A program made the position numbers and the translations under genes. Below the pieces are notes generated by a model. The model made no database searches and had not been told where the DNA came from. It saw nothing but the letters and a program-made list of their open reading frames with translations. Positions 15,720-17,906 of a stretch of DNA of 17,906 bases are shown piece by piece (position 1 is the stretch's first letter; every line of letters begins with the position of its first letter). The DNA comes from Pseudomonadota bacterium (GTDB lineage Bacteria; Bdellovibrionota; FAC87; UBA2466): positions 1 to 17,906 of the forward strand of contig JAYUGC010000015.1 of the NCBI GenBank assembly GCA_043767805.1, in the 5' to 3' direction.

Positions 15720-17621
15720 GTGTTAGCCGCGATCGTACTGCTGCCACTCTTGGGTTTCTTAGTGAACGGGCTCTGGTACGCGTTGGGGCAACGCGGCTCC
15801 AAGCCCAAGGCGAGCGCCGTGGTCACGGGCGGCATTGCCACGGCTCTCATTTCGCTTTCGTTCGCCTTGTCGGCGGCGAGCTTTTTCCGCCTCGTGAATC
15901 TAGGCCATCATGAGCGTCTCATCGAAGAGAAGCTCTTTTCCTGGATCACCGTCGGCGCGTTCAACTTGGATTTCATCCTGCGGCTCGATCCGCTTTCTTC
16001 CGTCTTCATTTTGGTGATTACCGGGGTCGGCGCCCTCATCCATATCTATTCGATCGGCTACATGAGCCACGACGAGAGTCCGGGCAAGTTCTTCGCGTAC
16101 CTCAATCTCTTTTGCGCGATGATGCTCATCCTCGTCTTGGGCGGCTCCCTTCCCGTGCTCTTCATGGGTTGGGAAGGCGTGGGTCTCTGTTCGTACCTCC
16201 TGATCAGCTTCTGGTACACGGACATCGAGAAGGCGAAGGCCGGCAAAAAAGCCTTCATCGTAAATCGCATCGGCGACCTGGGCTTTCTGCTCGGCGCCTT
16301 TCTCGTCTATAAGCTCTTCGGCACGTTCGATTTCGTGGCCTTGAAGGCGTCTACCCTTTCGGCTTCGCCCCATCTCATCACGGTGGCCTGCCTCTTGCTG
16401 TTTCTGGGCTGCACCGGTAAGTCGGCCCAGCTTCCTTTGTATGTTTGGCTTCCCGACGCCATGGCCGGCCCGACCCCTGTCTCGGCCCTCATCCATGCCG
16501 CGACCATGGTGACGTCCGGTATCTATCTACTTTCGCGCTTGAGCTTCCTCTTCGTGCAATCGCCAACGGCACTTTGTGTAATCGCGACGGTGGGAGCCAT
16601 CACCGCGTTTTTCGCGGGCACCATCGCGCTCGCCCAAAACGACATAAAGAAGATCCTCGCCTACTCGACGATTTCACAGCTGGGCTACATGTTTCTGGCC
16701 TGTGGGGTGGGCGCCTTCTCAGCGGGGATCTTTCACGTGGTGACTCACGCTTTCTTCAAAGCCCTCATGTTCCTCGGCGCGGGTAGCGTCATTCACGGCA
16801 TGCACGAAGAACAGGACATCCGCAAAATGGGCGAGCTCAAGAAGTACATGCCCGCGACGTACCTCACCTTCGCGGCGGGTTGGCTCGCCATTTCTGGGAT
16901 TCCCCCTTTCTCGGGCTTTTTCTCCAAAGACGAAATCCTGTGGCGTGCGTTCTCGAGCCCGGCGGGATCGGGCGCGCTTTGGGCACTGGGCGCCGTCACC
17001 GCGGTTTTGACCGCGCTCTACATGACTCGGCTCTTCGCGCTGACTTTCTTGGGCGAAGGCCGTTTCGATAAGCACCACCCGCCCCACGAGTCGCCTAAAT
17101 CGATGACGGTCCCGCTCATGGCACTCGCCGTCTTGAGCGTGCTCGGTGGGCTCCTCGGATTGCCGCACGCCTCGCTGCTCGAGCATTGGCTCGAAGGCAC
17201 CGTAAGCGAGCTTCCCGCCGGGGAAGCGGGCCACGGCCTCGAGTGGGCGCTCATGGGACTCAGCGCGGCGCTTGCCGCCGTGTCGGTATTTCTCGGCCTC
17301 AAAGCGTTTCGCGGCGGCAATGCCGAAGGCACCAGCAAAGTCGTGGGCCGCGCGGTTTACAGCGGCATGGAGAACAAATGGTGGGTCGACGAGCTCTTGG
17401 AGCGTGTCGTAGTTCGTCCCATCCATGGGCTTTCCCAGTTTCTTTGGAGATTTTTCGACGTCGGTGTTCTCGACCGGTTCGTGGTCGGTCTCGGCCGGTT
17501 CACGAAGGCGGCCGCGGAAACCGGGCGCGGGGTTCAGACGGGCTCCGTGCAGGTCTATTCGTTTGTCATGCTCTTGGGTCTCTTAGCCACGGTGGGGTTC
17601 TTGCTCTATGGAATTCTTTGA
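15720..17621 (+). CDS. nuoL: NADH-quinone oxidoreductase subunit L
   Basis: LFMGWEGVGLCSYLLI, AFIVNRIGD, GKSAQLPLYVWLPDAMAGPTPVSALIHAATMV, DIKKILAYSTISQLGYM, THAFFKAL, QTGSVQVY. Confidence 0.98.
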   Translation: MLAAIVLLPLLGFLVNGLWYALGQRGSKPKASAVVTGGIATALISLSFALSAASFFRLVNLGHHERLIEEKLFSWITVGAFNLDFILRLDPLSSVFILVITGVGALIHIYSIGYMSHDESPGKFFAYLNLFCAMMLILVLGGSLPVLFMGWEGVGLCSYLLISFWYTDIEKAKAGKKAFIVNRIGDLGFLLGAFLVYKLFGTFDFVALKASTLSASPHLITVACLLLFLGCTGKSAQLPLYVWLPDAMAGPTPVSALIHAATMVTSGIYLLSRLSFLFVQSPTALCVIATVGAITAFFAGTIALAQNDIKKILAYSTISQLGYMFLACGVGAFSAGIFHVVTHAFFKALMFLGAGSVIHGMHEEQDIRKMGELKKYMPATYLTFAAGWLAISGIPPFSGFFSKDEILWRAFSSPAGSGALWALGAVTAVLTALYMTRLFALTFLGEGRFDKHHPPHESPKSMTVPLMALAVLSVLGGLLGLPHASLLEHWLEGTVSELPAGEAGHGLEWALMGLSAALAAVSVFLGLKAFRGGNAEGTSKVVGRAVYSGMENKWWVDELLERVVVRPIHGLSQFLWRFFDVGVLDRFVVGLGRFTKAAAETGRGVQTGSVQVYSFVMLLGLLATVGFLLYGIL

Positions 17622-17906
17622 TAACCACTTGCTGAGCCTCCTCGTGTTTTTGCCGCTCGCGGCTTCGGTCGTGAGCTTTCTTCTGCCCAAGGGAGCCGTC
17701 AGCGCGCATCGCCACTGGGCGCTCGGCGTTTCCATCGTCGTTTTTCTTTTGTCGGCGCTGCTTCTCTGCCACTTCAATTCGGCGGCGACCGACTTTCAAC
17801 GCGTTGAACGGTACCCGTGGATTCCGGCCTTCGGGATTAATTATCATCTGGGCGTCGACGGCATCAGTCTTTGGCTGATTCTCCTCACCACGTTCTTGTC
17901 GCCCCT
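17608..17906 (+). CDS. nuoM: NADH-quinone oxidoreductase subunit M, N-terminal part (runs off the right edge)
   Basis: Not in the ORF track. Manual translation from ATG 17608: MEFFDNHLLSLLVFLPL...ERYPWIPAFGINYHLGVDGISLWLILLTTFLSP. Overlaps the nuoL stop. Confidence 0.93.
   Translation, partial: MEFFDNHLLSLLVFLPLAASVVSFLLPKGAVSAHRHWALGVSIVVFLLSALLLCHFNSAATDFQRVERYPWIPAFGINYHLGVDGISLWLILLTTFLSP

Noticed and set aside
7412..17847. Numerous alternative-frame and antisense ORFs within the nuo operon (e.g. 12205-12924, 15900-16496, 16719-17426)
   Set aside because: They fully overlap well-conserved nuo genes and have no independent coding signals.

Overview
GC-rich bacterial window; the gene content suggests a Bdellovibrionota/deltaproteobacteria-like organism (inference only). 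It has two parts. (1) Positions 1-6.9 kb are an accessory block of exported proteins: a 5' partial Prc/S41 tail-specific protease (minus strand, missing from the ORF track), a signal-peptide-bearing APH/kinase-like + CHAD fusion, a convergent signal-peptide-bearing CYTH-family protein, an internally deleted and frameshifted phytase-like lipoprotein pseudogene, a 64-aa secreted Gln/His/Lys-rich peptide, an 11-bp stem-loop, and a secreted GP42 (TGase_elicitor)-type transglutaminase. (2) tRNA-Thr(CGT) is followed by a canonical nuoABCDEFGHIJKLM(partial) complex I operon with a short NuoG. The most interesting candidates are the polyQ/Lys peptide + transglutaminase pair (possible dedicated substrate/cross-linking enzyme system) and the exported kinase-CHAD / CYTH / phytase-like module (possible extracytoplasmic polyphosphate system). 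All family assignments come from motif recognition by eye; no searches were run.
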